In this document: in pieces, positions 18,233 to 27,503 of the stretch
How positions within the stretch are numbered: the first letter of the stretch is position 1
Layout: the number at the start of each line of letters is the position of its first letter
Origin: an uncultured bacterium
GTDB lineage: Bacteria > Acidobacteriota > Aminicenantia > Aminicenantales > Aminicenantaceae
Direction of reading: 5' to 3'
Assembly: GCA_965602945.1 (NCBI GenBank)
Contig: CBFDBC010000003.1
Coordinates: forward strand, 1-47,169
Length of the DNA: 47,169 nt
Made by a program: the position numbers and the translations under genes
Notes under the pieces: model-generated
The model's database searches: none
What the model saw: only the letters and a program-made list of their open reading frames with translations
Told to the model about the DNA's origin: nothing

Positions 18233-20143
18233 CTACTTCAACAGGCGGTTTTCTTTCTTGAAAAGTCTGTATGTCTCCTGTCTGATCTTATGCGAAAACC
18301 GAACCTCTTTATAGCCGGACTCTTCAAGGAGGGCGTCATACCCGTATTGCTTGATATACTTGTCGCGGATCCCGACCCAGCCGACCGGAATTTCCCTTAG
18401 ACTGGCAAGAAGAGCATCCCTATCTCTGATCAATGACTCGTCGATGTTTATCACTGCTGGCTTGCGGAGGAGATACAGCCGTCCCCCTGCCCTCCAGATA
18501 TCATCGACAGCTACCCCTTCGTTGTTCGGTTGATGGTAAAGGAAACGAGCCATTTCAACTCCCGATTCGGATCTGGCGAAGTAGAAACCATTGACCTCGA
18601 ATAAGATACTTCCCAGTACTATGAGGATCAGAAGAACTGCAAGAGAAGGGGAGCTTACCTCTCTCTCCAGAACAGCGGCTCCCATTTTCTCGGCCTTCCA
18701 TCTAGGGATGAGAAGGGTCAATAGAATAAGTCCCACGAGAAAAATCACAATATAGGAGAACCGGGGATCCTTGTGCGCTTGAATGACTGTCCCCATGAGA
18801 ATTATGAGCAGGGCATACACAGGTTTCGGGATTTTTTTCGGGATCTTTAGCTTCACATCATTTCGGTAGATCGTATCCAGGAGTGACCAGGTTGCCAATC
18901 CTACCATGATGCAGAAAAAAGGAAGGGCCGGAAGAAGGTATCTTGGTTCTTTGTGGGGGAGGAGACTCAGGAAGGCGATGGGAGCAAATGCCCACAGCCA
19001 GACATGGTACAGCTTCCGGCGGAGAGAGAAGAGCATGAGGCCGAAAGAAAAATAGTTGCTCCACAGCCCAATCCCCAACAGGTAATACAGAAGCGGCTGA
19101 TAACCTCTGGTGGATTGTCCCTTCACCAGGGTGTAGTCGATGATGTTCAGCAGGCTGTAAAACGGCTGGCCCCAATACAATCGATCGCTCAAAACGTTTA
19201 TCAGAGAAAAGGCTGCCAGAAAAAATGCAGCGAACACGAACGCCTGTTTGAGGCGCTTATGAAAGACAAGATACAAAAATGCCGGCACAACAAATATGAT
19301 CTCTCCGAATCGAATGGAGGCGCCTACGGCAAGTACTGTCCCGGCCAAAGGGGTCCAAAAACTCTGATTCTTTTTCAAAAGAAGAAGCCAGAAGCACAGG
19401 AGAATAAATGTTGAAGCAATGGTGCGAGGAAGCTCTGTGCTCCCCATCGTCACATGCAGCTTGCTGAGGGCGAAAAAGAACACCGATAGCAGGCCGACAG
19501 GTTTGCTGTTGAACATCCGGGCCGCGATCTGAAACACAAGGTACAGGTTCACAAGGGAGAACAAAACAACGATCATTCTACCTGCGAAAATCAAATAGAA
19601 CGGATCCTGGACCCCGAGAGCGAGCAGGGCGGCTTGTATGGGGTAGATGAATACCATCGGGAAAAATGGGCTCCTAAGATTCCATGCCTTGGAGTCCCAT
19701 TCGAATAGGTGCGCAAAGGTCATTTCATGGATCTCGACATCATCACCGCTGAAAAAACCGATAAAATGATAAGAGTTGAATATTTTGATGAGCAGAGATA
19801 TGCCAATGATGAAAATCACGACGTGAAATATGCTGCGCGATCCTAGGTTGGAGATCTTGAGATAAAGCTTTCTACACAGCTTGTTACAGCTGTTGACCAA
19901 GCTGCCCGGATGGAATGCAACGATCCCCAGAAAAGGAGCCCTGCGATCTAGAATTATTCGGATCACAATCAGGACATAAAGGAGAGTGAGGGGATTTTCT
20001 ATGCCTTGGAGCTGGACCTGAGTCTCTCCCAGCAAAAATGTCTTCCCTCCGGTCAAGAGGATAAAAATGATGACCATCGCTAGGAGAGCTGTCAGGAAAT
20101 CGAATAAATAAAGGGGCCATTTGCCAAAATATTTTCTGCCCAT
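18233..20143 (-). CDS. GT-C fold multi-pass membrane glycosyltransferase (PIG-B/Alg9 or ArnT-like)
   Basis: Many TM segments; GDDVE acidic loop, WNLRSPFFP, PHKEPRYLLP; visibly AT-richer than flanks. Confidence 0.72.
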   Translation of the reverse strand: MGRKYFGKWPLYLFDFLTALLAMVIIFILLTGGKTFLLGETQVQLQGIENPLTLLYVLIVIRIILDRRAPFLGIVAFHPGSLVNSCNKLCRKLYLKISNLGSRSIFHVVIFIIGISLLIKIFNSYHFIGFFSGDDVEIHEMTFAHLFEWDSKAWNLRSPFFPMVFIYPIQAALLALGVQDPFYLIFAGRMIVVLFSLVNLYLVFQIAARMFNSKPVGLLSVFFFALSKLHVTMGSTELPRTIASTFILLCFWLLLLKKNQSFWTPLAGTVLAVGASIRFGEIIFVVPAFLYLVFHKRLKQAFVFAAFFLAAFSLINVLSDRLYWGQPFYSLLNIIDYTLVKGQSTRGYQPLLYYLLGIGLWSNYFSFGLMLFSLRRKLYHVWLWAFAPIAFLSLLPHKEPRYLLPALPFFCIMVGLATWSLLDTIYRNDVKLKIPKKIPKPVYALLIILMGTVIQAHKDPRFSYIVIFLVGLILLTLLIPRWKAEKMGAAVLEREVSSPSLAVLLILIVLGSILFEVNGFYFARSESGVEMARFLYHQPNNEGVAVDDIWRAGGRLYLLRKPAVINIDESLIRDRDALLASLREIPVGWVGIRDKYIKQYGYDALLEESGYKEVRFSHKIRQETYRLFKKENRLLK

Positions 20144-20304
20144 AGGGATCGACTTTTTTACATATATACCAGTTTATGTGCTTTATTTAAACAAAGACCG
20201 TGCGCCTCTCTCCGTTTATATTCATCAATAGGCCAGAATTTGCCGGGAAGAGTGGGATTGTGAGGGGAGAGGCTTGTTTTGTCAGGAAAAACCATATAAA
20301 GTTC

Positions 20305-20332
20305 TTGACATATAATGAAAACCTTATATAAT
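20305..20332 (+). promoter_or_regulatory. Consensus sigma70 promoter of trxA
   Basis: TTGACA-N16-TATAAT. Confidence 0.7.
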
Positions 20333-20365
20333 GAAAAGACAATATATCTTTTGAGGAGTGTATCG

Positions 20366-20692
20366 ATGAATCTAATACAGGAAGTCAACGACAGCGATTT
20401 TCAAACTGAGGTCCTGGAAGCGGACGTGCCCGTGGTGGTCGATTTCTGGGCCCCCTGGTGTGGTCCCTGCCGGATGGTTGCCCCGGTTCTGGAAGAGATT
20501 GCCGAACAGATGAACGGCAAGCTCAAATTCGTAAAGCTGAACACGGATGAAAACCAGCAGACCGCAGCCAAGTACGGCATAATGGCGATCCCTTCCATGC
20601 TCGTATTCCAGAGCGGTGAAGAAAAAGACCGGGTGGTCGGATTCAAACCCAAAGACCAACTGGTGACCCAGTTCGAAACTCTTCTGGGCTGA
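20366..20692 (+). CDS. trxA: Thioredoxin
   Basis: VDFWAPWCGPCR, cis-Pro motif AIPS; GAGGAG RBS before ATG 20366. Confidence 0.95.
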   Translation: MNLIQEVNDSDFQTEVLEADVPVVVDFWAPWCGPCRMVAPVLEEIAEQMNGKLKFVKLNTDENQQTAAKYGIMAIPSMLVFQSGEEKDRVVGFKPKDQLVTQFETLLG

Positions 20693-20711
20693 CGTAAGCC
20701 GGCATAGAGAC

Positions 20712-20746
20712 AAAAAATGCAGCCGGATACGGCTGCATTTTTTTTT
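20712..20746 (+). terminator. Intrinsic terminator (possibly bidirectional)
   Basis: aaaaaatgcagccg-gata-cggctgcattttttttt. Confidence 0.9.
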
Positions 20747-20859
20747 GCCTCCTAGGGGCTGTTCGCGTAAAATACGTCTCGGATATTTTCATGGATAAAC
20801 CAGATTTGACCTGGATAATTCACTCGTAATGAATTAGCTTGAAAGGAAGGGGATAAACA

Positions 20860-22209
20860 ATGTGGTTCGAAAACAAGATGATGCGGACTCTCCGGTGCCG
20901 CCTGAAGCAGAAGCCGGGAGAACTGGGGCACCTGCTGGAGGCCATCGGGGAGGGGAAGGGCTTCCTGGGTGAGATAAAGACCATCCATATGGGCCGCGGC
21001 ACAGTGATCCGTGACCTGGTGGTTTTTGCCGACAATGCCTCTCACATGGAGAGGCTGATCAAGGTCGTGAACGACTCTCCCCATGCGGAACTGCTGGAAG
21101 TCAGAGACGAGGTCCTGGAAATGCACCAGGGAGGCAAGATCGCCGTACGCAGCCGGTACCGGATCGACACCCTCAGCCAGCTACGGAGGGTGTACACGCC
21201 GGGCGTGGCCGAGGTGTGTCTCAAAATCCAGAGAGAACCGAGCCTGGCACGCCGTTTCACTTCCATTGCTCATATGGTGGCCATTGTCACGGACGGGACC
21301 GCGGTGCTGGGCCTGGGAGACATCGGCCCGCAGGCCTCCATGCCCGTCATGGAGGGGAAGGCCAGCCTGATGGAGACCCTGGTGGGCCTCTCGGGTGTCC
21401 CCATCCTGGTGAACACCAAGGACGTGGACGAGATCGTGGACACCGTGACCAACATCGCGCCGACTTTCAGCGCCATCCAGCTGGAGGACATCTCGGCCCC
21501 CCGCTGTTTTGACATTGAAAATCGACTGAAGGAGCGGCTGGACATCCCGGTTATGCACGACGATCAGCACGGCACCGCCGTGGTGGTCACGGCCGCTCTC
21601 CTGAACGGCGCCAAGATGGCGGGTGTGGACCTGAGCCGGGCGCGCATCGGCCAGATCGGGCTGGGAGCCGCCGGCCTGGCCATCTCCGAGATGTTGATGC
21701 ACCTGTTCAGCCAGCCTGTGCTGGGTGCCGACCTGGCCCCGGCCGCGGTCAGTCGCCTCGAGGAGGCCGGAGGCAGGGCATCCAGCCTGGAAGAGATCAT
21801 GTCCACCTGTGACGTGGTCATAGCCACGACCGGAGTTCCCGGGTTGATCAAACCGGAGATGGTCCGCGAAGGCCAGATCGTACTGGCCCTCTCCAATCCC
21901 AATCCCGAGATCGAACCGGAGGAGGCCAAGGCAGCCGGCGCGACGTTTGCGGCCGACGGCAAATCCGTCAACAACATCCTGGGTTTTCCCGGCATCTTCC
22001 GGGGCTCCATCGATGCCGGCGTCACCGATATCACGCGCGAGATGCTGGTGGCCGCAGCCCAGGCCATCGCCTCGTCGGCGGGCGAGGGCGAGCTGGTGCC
22101 CAGTCCCCTGGACAGGGGCGTTCACCGCAAGGTCGCCCAGGCCGTGGTCCGTATCGCTCTGGAGATGAAGCTAAACCGGGAAGACCTCACCGGCTATTTC
22201 GACGATTAA
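20860..22209 (+). CDS. NAD(P)-dependent malic enzyme with N-terminal ACT domain
   Basis: YTPGVAEVC, VTDGTAVLGLGDIG, PVMEGKA, LEDISAPRCF, HDDQHGTA, LSNPNPEI. Confidence 0.92.
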   Translation: MWFENKMMRTLRCRLKQKPGELGHLLEAIGEGKGFLGEIKTIHMGRGTVIRDLVVFADNASHMERLIKVVNDSPHAELLEVRDEVLEMHQGGKIAVRSRYRIDTLSQLRRVYTPGVAEVCLKIQREPSLARRFTSIAHMVAIVTDGTAVLGLGDIGPQASMPVMEGKASLMETLVGLSGVPILVNTKDVDEIVDTVTNIAPTFSAIQLEDISAPRCFDIENRLKERLDIPVMHDDQHGTAVVVTAALLNGAKMAGVDLSRARIGQIGLGAAGLAISEMLMHLFSQPVLGADLAPAAVSRLEEAGGRASSLEEIMSTCDVVIATTGVPGLIKPEMVREGQIVLALSNPNPEIEPEEAKAAGATFAADGKSVNNILGFPGIFRGSIDAGVTDITREMLVAAAQAIASSAGEGELVPSPLDRGVHRKVAQAVVRIALEMKLNREDLTGYFDD

Positions 22210-22320
22210 ATTCGTTGAAACCCGCCGCCGGTCCGGAGCGTCAGTCTTTCCTTTCCATTTTGCCGCACTTTCAGTAGAATGATGTCTTCCGAAACGATCT
22301 AAATCGAGAGGAGCCATGCG

Positions 22321-23862
22321 ATGGCAATTGTAGTCTCAGGGGACGGATTGACCGTCCGGGACGTGGTGAAAGTAGCCCGTGAAGGGGAAAAGGTGGAGCT
22401 GCATCCGGACGCGCTGGAGAGGATAAAGAAATGCCGGGCCATGCTTGAGAAAAAGATACTGGCCCGCGAGATCATGTACGGCGTCAACACGGGCATCGGT
22501 GAGTTTTCCGAGCTCGTCTTGAGCGATACGCAGATCAAAGATTTTCAGAAGTACCTGATCTATAACCACGCCGCCGGCATCGGCGATCCTATGCCTATCG
22601 AGTGTGTGCGGGCGGCCATGCTCGGCCGGGTGAACGTTCACGCCCACGGCAATTCGGGCTGCCGGCCCGAGATCACGCTGACTCTTGTGGAGATGCTCAA
22701 CCGTGGGGTCACACCCTTGGTGTGCGAGAAGGGTTCGGTCGGCGCCTGCGGAGACCTGGCTCCCATGTCCCAGATAGCCCTGCTCATGCTGGGGGAGGGG
22801 CAGGCCTATTACCGGGATGGGCTCTATGAAGGGAAGGCCGCCCTCGAGAAGGCCGGCATCCCGGTCCCGGGCCTCGAGGCTCGCGACGGGCTCGCCACCA
22901 TCAACGGCTCCAACGTGATCACCGGCATGAGTGCGCTCATGCTCCACGACACGGAGAACTGGTTGAAGCAGGCCGAGATCGCGGCCTGCATGTCCCTGGA
23001 GGCGCTGAAGGCCAACATGAAGCCCTACACGCTCAAGCTGCATGAGGCGAGGGGTTTTCCCGGAGCCGTGCGGACCGCCCGATCCATCCAGAAGATCATC
23101 AGGGGAGGGGACCTGGCGGAGGGGCGTGTGAAGGTCAAGGTGCAGGACGCCTACTCCATGCGCTCCACTCCCCAGGTGATCGGCACGGCGCACGACGCCG
23201 TGGCCTGGGCCCGGCAGCAGGTGGAGATCGAGCTCAACGGGGTGGGAGACAACCCGGTCTTCTTCCCGGATGAGAACCTGCAGCTTTCCGGCGCCAATTT
23301 CCAGGGTACGCCCATCGCCCTGCCCATGGACATGATCGGAGCGGCCGTCACGTTCGTGAGTGTCATGTCCGAGCGCCGCATGAACAGGCTGAACAATCCC
23401 GCACTGAGCGTGGGCCTGCCGCCTTTCCTGACCAAGGGGGCCGGCATGTTCTCCGGGCTGATGCTGAGCCAGTACACGGCGGACATGCAGATCGTCGAGC
23501 AGCGCATCCTCTCTGTACCGGCCTGCATCCAGTCCATCCCTGCCGCTGCCGATCAGGAAGACTTCGTCTCCATGGGCATGAATACGGCGCTCAAGAACCG
23601 GCAGATACTGGACAATGCCCATGGTGTCCTCGGTATCGAGTTCATGGCGGCGGCTCAGGCCCTGGATATGCGGGAGATGATCGAAGACAAGCCCTACGTG
23701 TACGGGCAGGGCTCGAGCAAAGCCAGGGAGGTCATCCGCCGCCACGTGGAGTTCCTGGAGGTGGACAGGCCGCTCTACCCGGACCACAACCGCATGAAAG
23801 CCCTGGTGGCATCCGGGGAGATCCTGAGTGAAGTGGAAGAAAAAGTCGGGCCTCTCGATTGA
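22321..23862 (+). CDS. hutH: Histidine/aromatic amino acid ammonia-lyase family protein
   Basis: YGVNTGIG, NHAAG, GSVGACGDLAP, ING, QDAYSMRSTPQV, DNP, GANFQG, QEDFVSMG. Confidence 0.85.
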   Translation: MAIVVSGDGLTVRDVVKVAREGEKVELHPDALERIKKCRAMLEKKILAREIMYGVNTGIGEFSELVLSDTQIKDFQKYLIYNHAAGIGDPMPIECVRAAMLGRVNVHAHGNSGCRPEITLTLVEMLNRGVTPLVCEKGSVGACGDLAPMSQIALLMLGEGQAYYRDGLYEGKAALEKAGIPVPGLEARDGLATINGSNVITGMSALMLHDTENWLKQAEIAACMSLEALKANMKPYTLKLHEARGFPGAVRTARSIQKIIRGGDLAEGRVKVKVQDAYSMRSTPQVIGTAHDAVAWARQQVEIELNGVGDNPVFFPDENLQLSGANFQGTPIALPMDMIGAAVTFVSVMSERRMNRLNNPALSVGLPPFLTKGAGMFSGLMLSQYTADMQIVEQRILSVPACIQSIPAAADQEDFVSMGMNTALKNRQILDNAHGVLGIEFMAAAQALDMREMIEDKPYVYGQGSSKAREVIRRHVEFLEVDRPLYPDHNRMKALVASGEILSEVEEKVGPLD

Positions 23863-23877
23863 AAAAGAGGGTATGAG

Positions 23878-24552
23878 ATGATGCGAAAATCATGGATCCT
23901 GTGTTTGGCGATCGTGTGTTCGGTGATGTATGCTGCGTCTGATCCGGCCGCGTCCGGTCAAGAAGAAGCCGCGGGTTTTGTCGCCCTGTTCGACGGCGGG
24001 ACCCTGTCGGGCTGGCGCAAACTGACTTCTTACAGCGGTGAGGCCGGGAAGTGGGAGGTGATCGACGGGGCCATCGTGGGCGACCAGTTTCCCGAAGGCG
24101 AGGGCGGCCTGCTCGTGACCGAGGATGTGTACGGCGATTACGAGCTGCTGGCCGAGGTCAAGGCCGACTATCCCATCGATTCCGGCCTGTTCCTGCGGGT
24201 CCAGCCCGATGTGCTGTCCTACCAGGTCACCATCGACTACCGCCCTGACGGCGAGGTGGGAGCCATCTATTGTCCGGGGGGGGGCGGTTTCCTGGTGCAT
24301 AAGCCTGAAGGAGAAGACCTCTGGAAACCGGATGATTTCAACACCGTCCGTGTCCGGATCGAAGGGCAGCCGGCCCACATCCAGGTGTGGATCAACGGCA
24401 CCGCTCTGGTGGATTTCCTCGATGAAGTGACGGATGGGCAGCCCCGGGTCCCGGAGACGGGCCACGTGGGCATCCAGGTCCATCCCGGCGCCAGCTGGGG
24501 GAAGGGCAACAAGGTGTATTTCCGCCGGATCGAGATCAAGACGATGGACTAG
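23878..24552 (+). CDS. Secreted DUF1080 (3-keto-disaccharide hydrolase-like) protein
   Basis: Signal peptide; LFDGGTLSGW, WEVIDGAIVG, DSGLFLR, GHVGIQVH, VYFRRIEIK. Confidence 0.85.
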   Translation: MMRKSWILCLAIVCSVMYAASDPAASGQEEAAGFVALFDGGTLSGWRKLTSYSGEAGKWEVIDGAIVGDQFPEGEGGLLVTEDVYGDYELLAEVKADYPIDSGLFLRVQPDVLSYQVTIDYRPDGEVGAIYCPGGGGFLVHKPEGEDLWKPDDFNTVRVRIEGQPAHIQVWINGTALVDFLDEVTDGQPRVPETGHVGIQVHPGASWGKGNKVYFRRIEIKTMD

Positions 24553-24725
24553 AGCATCCACGGCCACTCATGTGCGATATCCCGCAGCAGCGGACATTCA
24601 AAGACATTCTTTTACTTTTCTTTGACACTCCCCCGGCCGGTTTTGCCTAACATGGGATTAAAGTGGGTAGCCCAATCCAGGATTTCCGGTCCCTCAGGCC
24701 CGGATCCACTCTACAGGGAGGACAC

Positions 24726-25964
24726 ATGAACAGACCACAGTTAAGGTTTTTCTTGTTTTGCTTTTTGCTGATGATCGGGATTTTTGGCTGGGTGCGGCCG
24801 GCGGCCGCAGAAAAACTCAAGCTGCGTGTGATCACCGCCGATGCCACGATCCGGCTCGAACCAGGGTCGGAGAGTTCCGTTGTATCCAAGGTAAAGCTGG
24901 GTGCGGTCCTGACCTCGGAGACGAAGGCCGGCGAATGGTACCGGGTCGACCTTCCCCCTGATGAAGACGGGTATGTGATCTCGGGTTTTGTTCACCAGAG
25001 CAAAGTTGAGGTCATGGGGGAGGCCGGCGAGTCCGGGCAGGAGAGGGGAGCCGAGGTCACCTTCGAGGCGCCTATGAAGATCCGTGTCGGCGCCGAAGAA
25101 GCGGAGATAAGGGAGGGGCCCGCCCCTAACAGCCGGGAGATGGGGCAGGCGGACCGGGGTACGGAGCTGGAGGCGGTCGCAGCGGCCGGGGAATGGTACA
25201 GGGTCGAGGTGGCTGCCGGTATCTATGGATACATCCACAAGGCTCATGTTGAGATCATGGGGCAGCCGGCTGCTCAGGAATACGCTCTGGAAGCGGCGCC
25301 GCCGGCCCGACAGGACAAGCCCCAGGACCCGGCCCCTGCCGCGGCATCATCGACTGCAGCGGCCCTGAGGCGCAAGTTCTCGCTTAAGCTGACGCTGGGT
25401 TTTGGTTTCGGCTTCGAAAAGATCGAAACAGGCTATTATAAGGTGCAGGGCGACAACACCGAGATGATCAACCTCTATCCAGGGGGCGGAGGACACTTTG
25501 GCCTGGATCTCGGCTACTACCTGACACATGAACTCCGGCTGGAAATCGGTTTCGGCTACCAGAACTCCGGAGTGTTCGCATCGAATCAAGACGAGGTGTC
25601 ATTCACCCGCGTGCCTCTGACCTTGACGATCCTCTATGAATTTCCCTCCCCAAAGAAATTTCAGGTGTATGCGGGAGGAGGCGCAGGGCTCTATAACGCA
25701 CCGGAAATAAAGGCTAAGGCAGGCAGCATGAGCGAAACCATCAAATATAGTTCTTCATTCGGCCTGCATGGGCTGGTCGGGGCTGTGACGCGTTCCAAGA
25801 GCGGGAAGTGGTTCTACTTCGGCGAGCTCCGCTATGTGGGTGTGTTCAACTACAAATGGACAGATGCCACATCCAATGGATACCCGGCCATCCCGCATTC
25901 GAAGTACCAGGAGTTCGGGGGGAACGGGATCTTTGTCCTCTTTGGGATCGGCACCTATTTCTAG
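24726..25964 (+). CDS. Tandem SH3b domains plus outer-membrane beta-barrel protein
   Basis: Signal peptide; two SH3b-like repeats (IR..P..S ... GEWYRV ... G(F/Y)(V/I)H); alternating beta-strands, C-terminal GIGTYF. Confidence 0.75.
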   Translation: MNRPQLRFFLFCFLLMIGIFGWVRPAAAEKLKLRVITADATIRLEPGSESSVVSKVKLGAVLTSETKAGEWYRVDLPPDEDGYVISGFVHQSKVEVMGEAGESGQERGAEVTFEAPMKIRVGAEEAEIREGPAPNSREMGQADRGTELEAVAAAGEWYRVEVAAGIYGYIHKAHVEIMGQPAAQEYALEAAPPARQDKPQDPAPAAASSTAAALRRKFSLKLTLGFGFGFEKIETGYYKVQGDNTEMINLYPGGGGHFGLDLGYYLTHELRLEIGFGYQNSGVFASNQDEVSFTRVPLTLTILYEFPSPKKFQVYAGGGAGLYNAPEIKAKAGSMSETIKYSSSFGLHGLVGAVTRSKSGKWFYFGELRYVGVFNYKWTDATSNGYPAIPHSKYQEFGGNGIFVLFGIGTYF

Positions 25965-27163
25965 AACATGATCTTGAGCCCGGCCGAGATCTTGAAGAAA
26001 GAAGGATCGATCGAATAAGGCTCGATCAGGCTCGCGAACTCGTCGGCGTTCTCCTGGGTCAGGGTGATCGTCCAGCCTTCGCCGACATTCGAGGGGTATG
26101 TGCCACCCTTCACCTGCCAGGGCTCCTCGATCTTTCCCCGGCTGAAATACCGGGCGTCGACATTCAGGGCGACGCCGCGCGTGAAGACAAAGTCGATCCC
26201 GCCGCCGACGTTGAATCCGATCCCATTCAAAGAGGCCTCGACGCTGGCAGGGACAGCGAAATAGTCGATGTAGCGGAAGCCTTCAGACTCCCAGGTCGAG
26301 GCGTATCCCACCGTCGTGTCCACGCCGGCGGTTCCGGAAAAATAGGAAACTCCCCCGCTGATGAGCGGTTCGATCATGCTGCCGGTAGAGATCTTGTACA
26401 GCAGATTCCCGCTCAGGACGTATGATGACACCTCACCATTCACACCCCACTCGTTCTCGCGGCTGTAGGAGTCGCCCGTCGACCAGGTCCAGTTGAGATC
26501 ATAGGTGCTGCGGCTGGCATCGGTGGTCTTGACCGAGGAGTTATAGTCGAATTTGACCTGGATCCCGAATCCCTTGGCTATGAAGAAGTTCAGGGTCCCG
26601 TCAAAACCCAGGGGGCTTTTAAACTCCGTGGTGATCGTTCCCGAGCCACGGGCGCTCTCCAGAACCCCCGCGCTCAAGCTCTCCGAATAGGAATAGGACC
26701 CGGAGATATTGTAGCCGGTCACGTAGCCTACTCGAAAGACGAGCTCGGCCCGCTTGGGCCGCGCGTCCCGGTCCTGCGGCTGTTCATATGTCTGGACCGG
26801 AGCCGGCATCGTTTCCTGTTTTTCAGCTTTTTCGGGTTCGGTCCGGACGGCCGGTTCCGGGGCCGTGGTCTCCGCTCCTTCCACGGAAACAAACATCTTG
26901 TGGATGTAACCCGTGATCAAGACTCCGACCTCGGTCCGTACCCTGATCTCGTACCAGTCCCCCTCTTGCTTCTCCACCTCGAAGACACTCCCCAGGGGTG
27001 GGTTCTTGATGATCTCACCCTGGAGATCGGGATTGAGCCGGATGCTCGCGCTGTCCACTACGACCCGGATCTTCAATTTTTCCGCATAGGCGTCCGCCGT
27101 GAACACGATCACGGCCGCCAGGATCAGACACATGACTGCCTTCAGCCTAAAGCCCTTTTTCAT
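25961..27163 (-). CDS. SH3b domain plus OmpW-like outer-membrane beta-barrel protein
   Basis: Signal AYA; EGDWYEI..GYIHK; barrel strands GFNVGGGIDF, LNVDARYF; C-terminal LKIMF. Confidence 0.75.
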   Translation of the reverse strand: MKKGFRLKAVMCLILAAVIVFTADAYAEKLKIRVVVDSASIRLNPDLQGEIIKNPPLGSVFEVEKQEGDWYEIRVRTEVGVLITGYIHKMFVSVEGAETTAPEPAVRTEPEKAEKQETMPAPVQTYEQPQDRDARPKRAELVFRVGYVTGYNISGSYSYSESLSAGVLESARGSGTITTEFKSPLGFDGTLNFFIAKGFGIQVKFDYNSSVKTTDASRSTYDLNWTWSTGDSYSRENEWGVNGEVSSYVLSGNLLYKISTGSMIEPLISGGVSYFSGTAGVDTTVGYASTWESEGFRYIDYFAVPASVEASLNGIGFNVGGGIDFVFTRGVALNVDARYFSRGKIEEPWQVKGGTYPSNVGEGWTITLTQENADEFASLIEPYSIDPSFFKISAGLKIMF

Positions 27164-27303
27164 GTTGCCTCCTTGTTATGATTGACTGCTTATCGATCGG
27201 CCTGGACCTGCTTGCAATACCCGGTCTCCCTTTGGATGTCATTTTAAGGGAAAAACCGGGCATGAATGTCAGGTAAGTGTAAAAGATTGTAAAAGAATGT
27301 ATG

Positions 27304-27391
27304 ACCTGAAGTATTCATAAAGAATATCGACACTTTAAAACAAAATAACCAAATTGACAACATGTCGCCAACTTTTATGAATAATTCAGGG
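27304..27391. repeat. Solitary hairpin copy related to the 17.8-kb array elements
   Basis: acctgaagtattcataaagaatatcgac is 23/28 identical to the unit-1 left end; closes with tgtcgccaacttttatgaataattcagg. Confidence 0.72.
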
Positions 27392-27417
27392 TTCTGATTT
27401 ATTCACGAGTGGAGGGA

Positions 27418-27441
27418 GGGGACCGGCCGTAGCCGGTCCCC
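27418..27441. terminator. GC hairpin downstream of hutI (possible terminator)
   Basis: ggggaccggc-cgta-gccggtcccc perfect 10-bp stem; no clean U tract. Confidence 0.45.
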
Positions 27442-27503
27442 CGGGTGAGGTCCGCCCGCGCCGAAATCGGCGTATGGTCCTAAGCCGGCGCCTGCAGTCG
27501 AGC

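Noticed and set aside
24592-24615. gacattcttttac resembling the array stem
   Set aside because: Too short and lacks a complementary arm or element ends
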